Assembly: GCF_964213995.1 (NCBI RefSeq)
Contig: NC_135812.1
Coordinates: 103,850,001 to 103,914,000 of the forward strand
From: Mustelus asterias
Taxonomy: Eukaryota
Direction: 5' to 3'
DNA length: 64,000 bases
The notes beneath the pieces were generated by a model. That model was not told the DNA's origin. It did no database searches and saw only the letters and a program-made list of their open reading frames with translations. Positions 35,976 through 47,876 of the stretch are shown piece after piece (position 1 is the stretch's first letter; every line of letters begins with the position of its first letter). The position numbers were made by a program, and so were the translations under genes.

Positions 35976-36664
35976 CCAGTGGGAAATAGGGTAAGTCAGA
36001 CCTGTTTCCAACTACTACTAATGGTCCCCTTTGTCAAATACCAAGACATGCACAAAGAATCACTATCTCTTAACAGACCTTTTCTCTTCCATTTTCCCAC
36101 CTACAGTCACTTACTGAGTTCACAAATTCATCTCTGAGCCTGAAATCTGTGGAGAAGCTGACAATCTGTATCCCTGTAGACCGTGCTTTGGTACCTTATT
36201 CGAATAATAAGGTTATGCAAATGTATTTCACTCTGACAGTTCTCTCTATTTAAGTATTTGTTAAGAAATAAATGACAGAAAGCAAACAGGCACAGTAAGA
36301 CCAACAATCAACGATTCGCTCTGCAGGCTAGTTTTAAGCAAAAGAAAGTTAGTCAAATGTGGAAATACATCCTCCACAGAAATGTGATTTAATTCAATTT
36401 GGTTGCATCATAATTTTACATGGATATTAACAGGTGTCACTCTTCAATATTTTTAGGATTAAATCAATAATTGTTTAAAACTGAGCTTACAATAGACTTT
36501 ATTACCTAATCTCTCTCTTGGGAACTGTAATATTTTATTATGATCAATCCTAGCTGCAAATGGTCAGTTATGCTTTCAAAATGCTTCTGTTAGTTCAATG
36601 TATGCAGCCATTCTAAAACCTATGCACTATTTAGTGTTACTCCCTTTATTCTTTTATTTCAAAT

Positions 36665-36758
36665 CCTTCACTCATCTGATGAAGGAGCAGCACTCTGAAA
36701 GCTCATGATACCAAATAAACCTGTTGGACTTTAAGCTGGTGTTGTGAGACTTCTTACA
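36665..36758 (+). mobile_element. Isolated PLE pLTR fragment with hammerhead motif (36672-36708)
   Basis: TCAT-CTGATGA-A-GGAGCAGCACTCT-GAAA-GC-TC-ATGA, then CCAAATAAACCTGTTGGACTTTAA. Confidence 0.8.
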
Positions 36759-37124
36759 GCATGTTGATGGTACAGATTCGGCCATGGTATGTCATGGGAA
36801 AATTGTTAGATTTTCTCTTACTGGAGATCGTTATTTGCAGGCACGAAAGGCACAAATGTCTTTTTGCATACAGGCACGAACTGATTCAATATCTCAGGTG
36901 TTCCGAATGGTATTGAACCATCTGCTTCCATCAGTGAACATACCTACTTCTGACTTTATGTTCATAGGAAAGTATTAATGAAGCACTCAAGATGGTTAGG
37001 CCTAGGACACTACCTAGAGAGCCTCCTACAGCAGGGCTGGGATGATTGGCCTCCAACAGCCATAACTACCATCCTTTGTGCTAGTTACGACTCAAATCAG
37101 TGGAGAGTGTCCCTAATTCCCACT

Positions 37125-37417
37125 GATGGCACAGTCGCTAGCACTGCTGCCTCACAACGCCAGGGCCCTGGGTTCAATCCTGGCCTTCGGTGACTGTGTG
37201 GAGTTTGCACGTTTTCCCTGGGACTGCGTGGGTTTCCTCCGGGTACTCTGGTTTCTTCCAACAGTACAAAGATGTGTAGGTTAGGTGGGTCAGCCACAGT
37301 AAATGCGCAGGGTTACAGGCATAGGACAGAGGGGAGGGCCTGGGTAGGATGCTCCTTTGGAGAGTCAGTGCAGACTCGATAGGCCAAATAGTCTTTCTGT
37401 ACTGTAGGGATTCTATG
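37125..37417 (+). mobile_element. HE1-type V-SINE
   Basis: tRNA-like head (GGGTTCAATCC B box), V-domain, and tail GGCCAAATAGTCT..CTGTAGGGATTCTATG. Confidence 0.88.
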
Positions 37418-37477
37418 CACTCCAGTTTTGCTAGGTCTCCTTGATGACACACACGGTCAAATGCTGCCTTGATGTCA

Positions 37478-38480
37478 TGTTTGGACCAAGTGTGATGTTA
37501 GTGTGCCTTTAAGAAAGGTTTTTTAAAAATCCTGTTCTCTGCAGTTGTAAGCAGACCTTTTTCAGTTTGGTTTCATTGCAGCCGAGTTGTCTACGAGGGG
37601 TCCTTTTTATTGCTACTTCAATAGCTTCAATGGAGTCTGTTTACTTTTTATTCTGGGTTGTTTTATGATCCTGCATTGTTAGGAGGATGGTCATGTGTTT
37701 TTGGACAGTGAGTTTAAGGTTTCATTTTCTGTTTGGCTGCAGTTAGAGTTGAGGTTTAGAAGGGGCATCAAGCTGAAAAGAAGTGTTTCTCTCTCTCCCC
37801 GGTTTTGGAAATTCTGCTGTTAGCTGGAAGCAAGGTTTCTTGCCTTCCTGAAGTAGAAAATCTGCTGTTGGTGGCTTAACCAGAGTCTACCTGAGGTTCT
37901 GGGAAACTGTTCAGACTTCAAACTGTCCTGGATGTGTCAAGAGGACTACTAGAGCTTACAAGACTGAGAGTTTTCAATTCTCCAACCAAAGGAATCATAG
38001 AATCCCTACCATGCAGAAGGAGGCCATTTGGCCCATCGAGTCTGCACTAACCACAATCCCACCCAGGCCCTAGTCCCGTAACACCACATATTTACCCTGC
38101 TAATCCCCCTGACACAAGGGTCAATTTAGCATGGCCAATCAACCTAACCCACACATCTTTGGACTGTGGGAGGAAACCGGAGCACCCAGAGGAAACCCAC
38201 GCAGAGACAGGGAGAATGTGCAAACTCCACACAGACAGTGATCCATGCCTCCCTGGCTCTGTGAGGCAGCAGTGCTCAATTCCAGTGTCAAGTGAGAATT
38301 AGACTTTGCTATGTTGAACTTGTTTAAAGGGTTTTGTTTATGGGATTGGTCTGATTAGAACATCTTAGATATATTTGTTAACGGTTATACGTTATCGTGG
38401 TTGTTTTGATTTTTGTTTGAAATTGATAAAAGTTATTGCTAAATTTTTTTTCCATACATGTTAACTGTATGACTTTTCCA
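37478..38480 (+). mobile_element. Possible LTR remnant containing an HE1 SINE
   Basis: TG start and T-rich LTR-like composition resembling 46434-47093. 3' end unclear. Confidence 0.3.
37992..38276 (-). mobile_element. HE1-type V-SINE
   Basis: ATAGAATCCCTAC..GGAGGCCATTTGGCCCATCGAGTCTGCAC (tail) through GGAAACCGGAGCACCC and GTGAGGCAGCAGTGCT (head). Confidence 0.88.
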
Positions 38481-38632
38481 TTAACCTGTTTGTCTTCTTG
38501 ATGTTCAGCACTATTGTCTCAGTTCACAATATTCCCAAGCTTTTGGTTATCATCAAATTTTGAGCTTGTGCCCTGTACACTGTCGGTAATTAATACAAGT
38601 CAAGAAAAATTGTGGCTCCAGTATCTTCTCTC

Positions 38633-40487
38633 GACATGAGAAGTCCTTGGCGGGTCGGATCAAGGAAAACCCCAAGGCTTTTTACTCTTATGTGAGGAAT
38701 AAAAGAATGACCAGGGTGAGGTTAGGGCCGGTCAAGGACAGTGGTGGGAACTTGTGTATGGAATCAGTAGAGATAGGCGAGGTGATGAATGAATACTTTT
38801 CTTCAGTGTTCACCAAGGAGAGGGGCCATGTTTTTCAGGAAGAGAAGGTGTTACAGGCTAATAGGCTGGAGGAAATAGATGTTCGGAGGGAGGATGCATT
38901 GGCAGTTTTGAATAAACTGAAGGTCGATAAGTCCCCTGGGCCTGATGAAATGTATCCTAGGATTCTTTGGGAGGCGAGGGATGAGATTGCAGAGCCTTTG
39001 GCTTTGATCTTTGGGTCCTCGCTGTCCACGGGGATGGTGCCAGAGGACTGGAGAGTGGCAAATGTTGTTCCTCTGTTTAAGAAAGGGAATAGAAATGACC
39101 CTGGTAATTATAGACCGGTTAGTCTGACTTCGGTGGTTGCTAAATTGATGGAAAAGGTCCTTAGGGATGGGATTTACGACCATTTAGAAAGATGCGGATT
39201 AATCCGGGATAGTCAGCACGGATTTGTGAAGGGCAAATCGTGCCTCACAAATTTGATAGAATTTTTTGAGGAGGTAACTAGGTGTGTTGATGAAGGTAGG
39301 GCGGTTGATGTCATATACATGGATTTTAGTAAGGCGTTTGATAAGGTCCCCCATGGTCGGCTTATGATGAAAGTAAGGAGGTGTGGGATAGAGGGAAAGT
39401 TGGCCGATTGGATAGGTAACTGGCTATCTGATCGAAGACAGAGGGTGGTGGTGGATGGAAAATTTTCGGACTGGAGGCAGGTTGCTAGCGGAGTGCCACA
39501 GGGATCGGTGCTTGGTCCTCTGCTCTTTGTGATTTTTATTAATGACTTAGAGGAGGGGGCTGAAGGGTGGATCAGTAAATTTGCTGATGACACCAAGATT
39601 GGTGGAGTAGTGGATGAGGTGGAGGGGTGTTGTAGGCTGCAAAGAGACATAGATAGGATGCAAAGCTGGGCTGAAAAATGGCAAATGGAGTTTAACCCTG
39701 ATAAATGTGAGGTGATTCATTTTGGTCGGACAAATTTAAATGTGGATTACAGGGTCAAAGGTAGGGTTCTGAAGACTGTGGAGGAACAGAGAGATCTTGG
39801 GGTCCATATCCACAGATCTCTAAAGGTTGCCACTCAAGTGGATAGAGCTGTGAAGAAGGCATATAGTGTGTTAGCTTTTATTAACAGGGGGTTGGAGTTT
39901 AAGAGCCGTGGGGTTATGCTGCAACTGTACAGGACCTTGGTGAGACCGCATTTGGAATATTGCATGCAGTTCTGGTCACCTCACTATAAGAAGGATGTGG
40001 AAGCGCTGGAGAGAGTGCAGAGGAGATTTACCAGAATGCTGCCTGGTTTGGAGTGTCGGTCTTATGAGGAAAGGTTGAGGGAGCTGGGGCTGTTCTCTCT
40101 GGAGCGGAGGAGATTGAGGGGAGACTTAATAGAGGTTTATAAAATGATGAAGGGGATAGATAGAGTGAACGTTCAAAGACTATTTCCTCGGGTGGATGGA
40201 GCTATTACAAGGGGGCATAACTATAGGGTTCATGGTGGGAGATATAGGAAGGATATCAGAGGTAGGTTCTTCACGCAGAGAGTGGTTGGGGTGTGGAATG
40301 GACTGCCTGCAGTGATAGTGGAGTCAGACACTTTAGGAACATTTAAGCGGTTATTGGATAGGCACATGGAGCACACCAGGATGGTAGGGAGTGGGATAGC
40401 TTGATATTGGTTTCAGATGAAGGTCGGCACAACATCGTGGGCCGAAGGGCCTGTTCTGTGCTGTACTGTTCTATGTTCTATGTTCTA
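38633..40487 (+). mobile_element. Young 5'-truncated CR1 (HER1-like) LINE
   Basis: Open ORF2 segment with a (TGTTCTA)3 tail, inserted into an older antisense CR1 remnant. Confidence 0.95.
38647..40404 (+). CDS. CR1 ORF2 (linker + complete RT domain + C-terminus), 585 aa, endonuclease missing
   Basis: [55 protein letters not shown]. No stops. Confidence 0.93.
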   Translation: MAGRIKENPKAFYSYVRNKRMTRVRLGPVKDSGGNLCMESVEIGEVMNEYFSSVFTKERGHVFQEEKVLQANRLEEIDVRREDALAVLNKLKVDKSPGPDEMYPRILWEARDEIAEPLALIFGSSLSTGMVPEDWRVANVVPLFKKGNRNDPGNYRPVSLTSVVAKLMEKVLRDGIYDHLERCGLIRDSQHGFVKGKSCLTNLIEFFEEVTRCVDEGRAVDVIYMDFSKAFDKVPHGRLMMKVRRCGIEGKLADWIGNWLSDRRQRVVVDGKFSDWRQVASGVPQGSVLGPLLFVIFINDLEEGAEGWISKFADDTKIGGVVDEVEGCCRLQRDIDRMQSWAEKWQMEFNPDKCEVIHFGRTNLNVDYRVKGRVLKTVEEQRDLGVHIHRSLKVATQVDRAVKKAYSVLAFINRGLEFKSRGVMLQLYRTLVRPHLEYCMQFWSPHYKKDVEALERVQRRFTRMLPGLECRSYEERLRELGLFSLERRRLRGDLIEVYKMMKGIDRVNVQRLFPRVDGAITRGHNYRVHGGRYRKDIRGRFFTQRVVGVWNGLPAVIVESDTLGTFKRLLDRHMEHTRMVGSGIA

Positions 40488-40564
40488 GTACTGACCCCAG
40501 TGAATCACACTGTCTATGTTCTTCCACTCCCCCAGTCTGAAAAATAATTTAAAAAGAAAAACCA

Positions 40565-40803
40565 GGAAAGACTTGCACTTTTCACAACCACCGGATGCCT
40601 CAAAGCGGTTTGCAGTCAATGAAGCACTTTTTGAAGTGTAGTCACTGTTGTAATATAAGGAACATGGGTGCCAATTTGCACACAGCAAACTGCCACAAAC
40701 AGCAATGTGATAATGACCAGATAATCTGTTTTCACAATGTTGATTGAGGGATAAATATTGACCAGGACACCACGGATAACTCCTCTGCTGCTTTCTGAAA
40801 TAA
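40565..40803 (-). mobile_element. Deu-domain SINE, 3' half
   Basis: Reverse complement: GTGTCCTGGTCAATATTTATCCCTCAATCAACAT..ACAGATTATCTGGTCATTATCACATTGCTGTTTGTGG..GTGACTACACTTCAAAAAG. Confidence 0.8.
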
Positions 40804-41169
40804 TGATGTGGAGATGCCGGCGTTGGACTGGGGTGAACACAGTAAGAGTTTTAACAACACCAGGTTAAAGTCCAACAGGTTTATTTGGTAGCAAATACCA
40901 TTAGCTTTCGGAGCGCTGCTCCTTCCTCAGATGGAGTGGAAATCTGCTCTCAAACAGGGCACAGAGACACAAAATCAAGTTACAGAATACTGATTAGAAT
41001 GCGAATCCCTACAGCCAACCAGATCTTAAAGATACAGACAATGTGGGTGGAGGGAGCATTAAGCACAGGTTAAAGAGATGTGTATTGTCTCCAGACAGGA
41101 CAGCCCGCAAGTCCAGGAGGCAAGCTGTGGGGGTTACTGATAATGTGACATAAATCCAACATCTCGGTT
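40803..41169 (-). mobile_element. PLE pLTR / 3' end
   Basis: Begins ATGATGTGGAGATGCCGGCGTTGGACTGGGG and closely matches 60255-60627. Confidence 0.88.
40898..40934 (-). ncRNA. Minimal type I hammerhead ribozyme
   Basis: CCAU-CUGAGGA-A-GGAGC AGC GCUCC-GAAA-GC-UA-AUGG: intact core, perfect stems I and II. Confidence 0.8.
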
Positions 41170-41199
41170 CTCGAAACTGCCCAGCAACACACTCCCCGC

Positions 41200-43850
41200 A
41201 CCCTCCACTTTCTATTTCCAGAGCCAGGGGAAACAACCTCCCAAATTTTTCATTCTCCTTCATAATTGTATATGGATCAATGAAACCACCTTACAATTTT
41301 CCCTAATCTTGAGATAAATATACCCCAACGTCTTCCACCTCTCATTAGAGAACACCCCTCTGACCATGGCAAACTGATATAGTGACCCTATGCTAATAAT
41401 TCCCAAAGACAAGAATATCATTGCACCAAATCATTTTTTTTTTAAATGATCAAAAGTGCACGCAATACTCCAGGTGTGGTCACCCAAGCTAGATAACATA
41501 TCAGGAACATTTTACCAAAGCCCTTGCAATAAATTCAGACATGCCATTTGTCTAGTAACTTCTTGCTGAGCTGAGATATTGTGTTCTTCCTATGTGCACG
41601 CTAATTACCACTGAACATAAATATTTAGACTTTCCAGTATGTTAAAAGGGATCAGTTACACTTTCTACTCTTTAAAAGTCTTTTTTTTTGCTCCTGCTGT
41701 TCAATCCTTACTGTGGGCTTTTCTGCCCAGCAACAGCAAGATGGAATAAATCAAATGAGCCAATCAGAGATAAGCCTCTCGGATCAATCAGCATCCAGTG
41801 CTCCTCGAGGCCTTGATCTGATTAGCCCATTTCATTGCTGTGATTATTTATGAAATTAGTTGGTTGCACCTTTCAAACCGGCATTTGCCAGTGACGTGGC
41901 AGCAACCAGCACCTTCCCTCAATATTTTCAAATGCACCATATCTGGTCCTGGCGTGTTAATAATCTTTAAGTACAGCCAGCCTTACTAATACCCATTCTT
42001 AACCCATCCACTTTCTTAACCACCTCCTCATTCACGGTGTCTTTGACAACATCTTATTTCATGGTTAGGGATGATGCAAAATACTCCTTCACAGATCCTG
42101 GGGGTCCATAGACTGCTGATTGGGAACTCCTGGTCTAGGTCATCAACATATATCAGAAAGAGCAAGGATCCCTACACTGACCCCTGGGGAACTCCACTAC
42201 AAACCTTCCCCCAATTTGAAAAATAAGTATCCATCCCGATTCTTTGCTTCCTGTCACTCAGCCAATTTCTTATTCCATGAGCTGAAATTTTGCTCACAAG
42301 TTTGTTGTGTGGCACTGTATTAAATGCCTTTTGAAAATCTCTATACAGCACATCAAGTGTTTCCCTTATCAACCTTCTCTCTTACCTCTTCAAAAATCTC
42401 CAACAAGTTAGCTAAACATGATTTTCCCTTAATTAATTCATGCTGGCTTTCCTTAATTATCCTGCACCTGTCTAAGTGACTACTCATTTTGTCCCAAACT
42501 AGTTTCAGTTGTCCTGAAGTTAATTTAGTTTTGTTTATTTGGTTGGGCACAAAAAGATGTCCAGAACAAGTTTCCAGAAATTTCCCTACCACTGAAGACA
42601 AAGTGATTGCTCTGTAGTGGTTAGCATTATCCTTGCACTCCTTTTTGAACAAGGGTGTGACATTCGCAATTCTCCAGTTCTCCAGCATCACTCCTGTGTC
42701 GAAGACTAGATTTTCAACATTGCTTCTGCGATTTCCACTTTCAGCCCCTCAGTATCCTTTGATGCATCTTATCCAGTCCTGGTGGTATAAGAACTTTAAA
42801 TAAAGATAGCCGTTCTAATACCTCCTCTCTCTCAATTGTGCCAGTTGCCTCCACTAACTTTGACTGGGTAGCATCCTCTTCCTTAGTAAAAACAAAGTTA
42901 CCTCATCAAAAAAACTCAATCAAATTAATTGGACATTATTTTTCTTATATCATGCTGACTTTTCTTAATTAATCCACACTTTTCCAACACACTGTTGAAT
43001 TTCAGATTACCATTCAAAAAAGATTTCCCACCATGAAGATTAAATTGACTGATGTATACTTGCTGGGTTTATCCTTTTGTCCTTTTTTTGATCAAGGGTT
43101 TACTCTGGCATCACCTCTGCTTCTAAGATTGGAAGATGATGATCAGTACCTCTGCAACTTCCACTCTTCCCTCAATATTTTCAAATGCACCATATCTGGT
43201 CCTGGCGTGTTAACAATTTTTAAGTACAGCCAGCCTTTCTAATACCTCCTCTTTATCATTTTTAACCCATCCACTTTCTTAACTACCTCCTCATTCACTG
43301 TGTCTTTGACAACATCTTATTCCATGGTTAGGGATGATGCAAAGTACTCATTTAGTACCTCAGCCACGGCCTTTGCCTTCATGCCATGAATATAGCCCAA
43401 TCCATCACACAAACCAGCCTCCCATCCATTGACTCTGTCTACACTTCCCGCTGCCTTGGAAGAGCAGCCAGCATAACTAAGGACCCCACACATCCTGGAC
43501 ATACTTTCTTCCACCTTCTTCCGTTGGGAAAAAGATACAAAAGTCTGAGGTCACGTAACAACCGACTCAAGAACAACTTCTTCCCAGCTGCCATCAGACT
43601 TTTGAATGGATCTACTTCACATTAAGTTGATCTTTCTCTACACCCTAGCTATCACTGTAACAACACATTCTGCACTCTCCTGTTTCCTTCTCTAGGAACG
43701 GTATACTTTGTCTGTAAAACACGCAAGAAACAATACTTTTCTCTGTCCACTAATACATGTGACAATAATAAATCAAATTGAATCAAATCATGTGTAGATC
43801 CCCTTTTTGGTCCATAATCAGCCCCATCCTCCTCTTGCGACCCTTTTACT
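41200..43850 (-). mobile_element. Stack of decayed antisense CR1 fragments
   Basis: ORFs 42172-42372 (DFQKAFN.VPH; GVPQGSV) and 42353-42691 (WRIANVTPLFKK; KGKSCLANLLE), with repeated partial RT segments. Confidence 0.8.
43385..43790 (+). mobile_element. Rex1/Babar LINE 3' fragment
   Basis: AQSITQTSLPSIDSVYTSRCLGRAASI.KDPTHPGH..LLP.GKRYKS..RLKN.FFP.AIRLLN. Same family as 14072-14812. Confidence 0.88.
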
Positions 43851-43854
43851 ATTC

Positions 43855-44150
43855 ATTTATTAGTTTATTTATTAGTGTCACAAGTAGGCCTACATTAACA
43901 CTGCAATGAAATTACTGTGAAAATCCCCTGGTCGTCACACTCCAGCACCTGTTCCAGTAAACTGAGGGAGAATTTAGCATGGCCAATGCACCTAGCCAGC
44001 ACGTCTTTCGGACTGTGGGAGGAAACCAAAGCAGTTGGAGGAAACCCATGCAGACACAGGAAGAGCGTGCAAACTTTGCCCAAGCTGTGGGATCGAACAC
44101 AGGTCCCTCGTGCTGTGAGGCAGCAGTGCTAACCACTGTGCTACTGTACC
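43855..44150 (-). mobile_element. V-SINE with alternative tail
   Basis: Reverse complement matches 5101-5403, including GCCTACTTGTGACACTAATAAATAAACT. Confidence 0.85.
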
Positions 44151-44493
44151 ATGGGCGAAAAGGATCAAAAGATATAGGGGGAAAGCAGGATCATGGTTTG
44201 AGATGGATGATCAGCCATGATCATAATGAATGGTGGAGTTGGCTTGAATGTCGAATGACCTCCTCCTGCTCCTATTTTTTTAATGTTTCTATGAAGAAGT
44301 CAATTGCAGTCCATCTTGTAGAGGGTTAGCCTCAGTCTTTGGAGGGTACGTCTTCTGAGACCCTCGGAACGAAAGATTGAAGAGGGTAAGTGTGAGAGAA
44401 AATCTCCTACAAGGTGTGTTTCATTCACACAACAAACATCTTTGTCCCTGGTGTTTTTTACATTCTGCTTATTTGTTTAAGTGCTACCATGAA

Positions 44494-44862
44494 GGGACTT
44501 GAGGTTGTTTTCGTTAGAGAGAAGAAGGTTAAGAGGTGACTTACAAGATGATCAGAGGATTAGATAGGGGGGATAGTGAAAGCCTTTTTCCTCGGATGGT
44601 GATAGCTAGCACGAGGGGACATAGCTTTAAATTGAGGGGTGATAGATATAGGACAGATGTCAGAGTAGTAAGGGCGTGGAATGCCCTGCCTGCAGCAGTA
44701 GTGGACTCGCCAACGTCAAGTGCATTTAAATGGTCATTGGATAAACATATGGATGATATTGGAATAGTGTAGGTTAGGTGGGCTTTAGATTGGTTTCACT
44801 GGGCGGCGCAACATCGAGGGCCGAAGGGCCTGTACTGCGCTGTAATGTTCTATGTTCTATGA
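44494..44862 (+). mobile_element. CR1 3' end
   Basis: YKMIRGLDR..LFPRM..TRGHSFKLRG and a (GTTCTAT)n tail. Confidence 0.9.
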
Positions 44863-46433
44863 CCTGATATTTTGACTGTTTACAATACCTTAATTATGTA
44901 ATCTTGGCGAATTCCCAAACTGCATTCTATTTATTATAAATCAGATTTAAAAGCAAGTCGACATTTATCATCTTTCAACTTTATACTCAAAGAAGAATTA
45001 TTCAGGCATTGTTTAATACCCAGGTTATCACACTATTTCCCTCTAGACTTACTAAATATGACAACTGAGGACAGATGGCTATTTCATCATTTGATGCACT
45101 GAATGTTATAGTAGCTTCTACCATGCAACATTTACAAAACTGTAGGTGATATTCAGTGTAAAATGTTCTCATAGGTTGAAGAAATTTAGAACATTAAAAA
45201 ATGATTACACAAGTATAAATATCACTTGTGCTAATTTCCTCTTTATTTGGTTGTCACAATAAATTCTCTTTAGAATCACATATTAACATTCTTAATAGTA
45301 GTGAAATGACAACATAATTTCATAATTCATGGATGAAACTGGGTTAACATTGGAATGATACAAGAATAAAAATGTATCCATCAGCATGAGTATTCAGAAT
45401 AGATATAATAATAGTTGTCTAAAGGAGATGGATGCCTAAATAAACTATCATTCCCTCTACATTTTACTCTTACAGTGTGTATCAGTCACTACCTTCGTAA
45501 GATTAGAGATTGTCTGAAATCCACATATTTTAAAATTTTAGCTTGAAAAATCTGAAAAACCGATGCTTTGCCAACTCATCAACTCAGCGCATCATTAAAA
45601 TTGTATTCACTTAAACCCATAAAACATCATAGATTCAGAGAATCATAGAATGGTTGGAGCAGAAGGCCGTCATTTGGCTCCTTGTGTTCATGCTATTCAT
45701 CTGTCAGATCAACTTGGCTCACCTGTCCCAGTTGCCCAGCAGTATTTCTCTCTTCAGGAATGTATCCAATTCCTATTTGAAAGCCAAGATTGACTCTGCC
45801 TCCACCACATTCTCAGGCAGTGAATTTCAGATCCTAACCACTCGCTCGGTTAAAAAAAACCTAATCTCGCTGTTGATTTGTTTATCATCCACCATACAGC
45901 GCTGTCCTCTGGTTCTTAACTCTGATTTAAAACTAATAGGAATGTACTTATTTTTACAAAATAGTGAAATTGGGGTTTTATTTATCCATGGTGCAGATGT
46001 ATGCCTGCTCAAAGACAGCCTGATGACACTTAGTAAAGTTATTCTCTCCCCCTTATTTGATTGGACCTTTGACGCATGGAAACATGTCCAGAGAAATGAC
46101 CTACATCATTAGGCGTTTGTGCAAAATCCAGGAAAGCATAAACTTTCAAGAGCTGTGTATCACTGTCAAGGAGAGATTGTAGAGCAACGGAAAACTTAAG
46201 TAATATTCAGAATGATGCAAAAGGGAAATGCAATACTAAAGAGTACAGAGGGGAATTACTGGAATGATACCAAGGCTGTGAGTCACGAGCAGCCAAGTAG
46301 TACCAATTGGATAGCAAGTGTTAGTACAGGCATGATGGGGCAACTGGTGTTTTTCTGTGCTGTACCACTTGTGATAATACTGTGCTCTTCATATATTTTA
46401 TGCTTAAGAGGGTCTACTTTAAGATTCATGCTT

Positions 46434-47093
46434 TGTTATAGTCGGTTTGTTTGGAAGGAATACAGCAGATGCTGGAAACAGGATAATTACTTATTTTAGC
46501 CACGTGTTTATTAAGCAGATGACTTAATGAAGTTTTGTTTACCAAAGAAGAAGATCCTTGATTAAAGTAATGGAAGGATGAGTTAGGTATACAGGGTCAT
46601 ATAGTTATGTGAAACTAGAAGTGGGAGGATCTAGGTTTATGGCTGAGAAAAACAGCTTTCTGAGTTCAGTTGCTGGAGAGGGCTGTTTAAAGATAGCAGC
46701 TCTGTCTCTCGGTACATCTCTCTGGAACTTCCAAAGCTGATAACCCAAGTATGCCTGGATTTGCTAACTATTTTTCAAATGGGGTTTAACTCTATAACTC
46801 TATAAGAGAAATATTGCTTAACTGGACCTGAATAGTATTAAGTTAGAAAAGTGTGGGTTTTTTTCATGTTTAAAGATTGTTCATTGGTTAAGAGTTGAAC
46901 TGTTTCATTTTGTTCAAGGTATATTTAAACTGTGTTATGAATAAAGCTTGTTTTGATAAAAAGATCCCTTTATCAGTGGAATCACTCCTGAGGTGAAGCA
47001 TCCTTTCCTCACATTTATGCTAAAATAGAAAAATTGTTGGGGTCTAGTCTGGCTTCATAATATGCCTTGGGTTTCTGATCTGGCACCCTAACA
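46434..47093 (+). mobile_element. Probable solo LTR, 660 bp
   Basis: TGTTA...TAACA termini and AATAAA near 46940. Flanks TGCTT / TACTC could be a decayed TSD. Confidence 0.55.
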
Positions 47094-47289
47094 TACTCTA
47101 AAGGAGTTGGAAGTCCTGCTACATTAGCTGAACCAAAGATGAGTGACCCTATTTAAGGCTGAAGACCATCTTCCAATAAAAACTTCCTAAAAGGAGCTGG
47201 TCAGCTCAATTATGCAGGCCTTTATTTGCAGCTGCATTAGAAAATTGACTGTTACTGGGAGGAAGGTGAGAATTGGGGGAATCTAGTAT

Positions 47290-47560
47290 ATGGCATCTCG
47301 CATTTAAGACTGAGATGAAGAGAAATTCATTTTCTCAGAGGGTCATTAATCTTTAGAATTCCTTTTTCCAGAGAGTAGTGGCGCTAGGTTTATGAATATA
47401 TTCAAGGTTGAGTTGAACAGATTTTTGATCATCAAAGGAGTCGAGGGTTAAGAGGGACAGGCAGGGAAGTAGAGACATGGCCAAAATAAGATCAGCCAGG
47501 TTCTTATTGATTGGCAGAGTGGGCTTGAGTGGCTACTCTAGCTCCTATTTCTTATCATCT
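47290..47560 (+). mobile_element. Old CR1 3' end
   Basis: TTTAAGACTGAGATGAAGAGAAAT..TCAGAGGGTC and GATCAGCCA..CTCCTATTTCTTAT tail. Confidence 0.75.
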
Positions 47561-47876
47561 GCTCTGATTTCTTATCATAAGGGCACTCTCTGTAACACAC
47601 TTCATTGGGAATCATCAAGAATAGCAAAAATATGAGTTAGAAACGTCTGCATTATACATAGCCACTTCCCTTTCTGCAAATTTGTTGTTCGTTACTTTTA
47701 AAGAACGCCTTTCTTGCAGATATAACAGGCTCCTGAAGTATGCTAAGCAGGTGTCCAAGGTGCTCTTTTGTTATTAGATTTGTCAGCGAGGCTAGTGCCT
47801 TGACTTTTACAATCCATCCAGTAAATGGGTGGCATTTTGTTCTCCAAATGTGAGTTCAAACAGAGGACCTGAAAGT

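Noticed and set aside
38647-40404. Retron, group II intron or other novel RT system
   Set aside because: Motifs, 3' microsatellite tail and many decayed paralogues identify ordinary CR1 ORF2.
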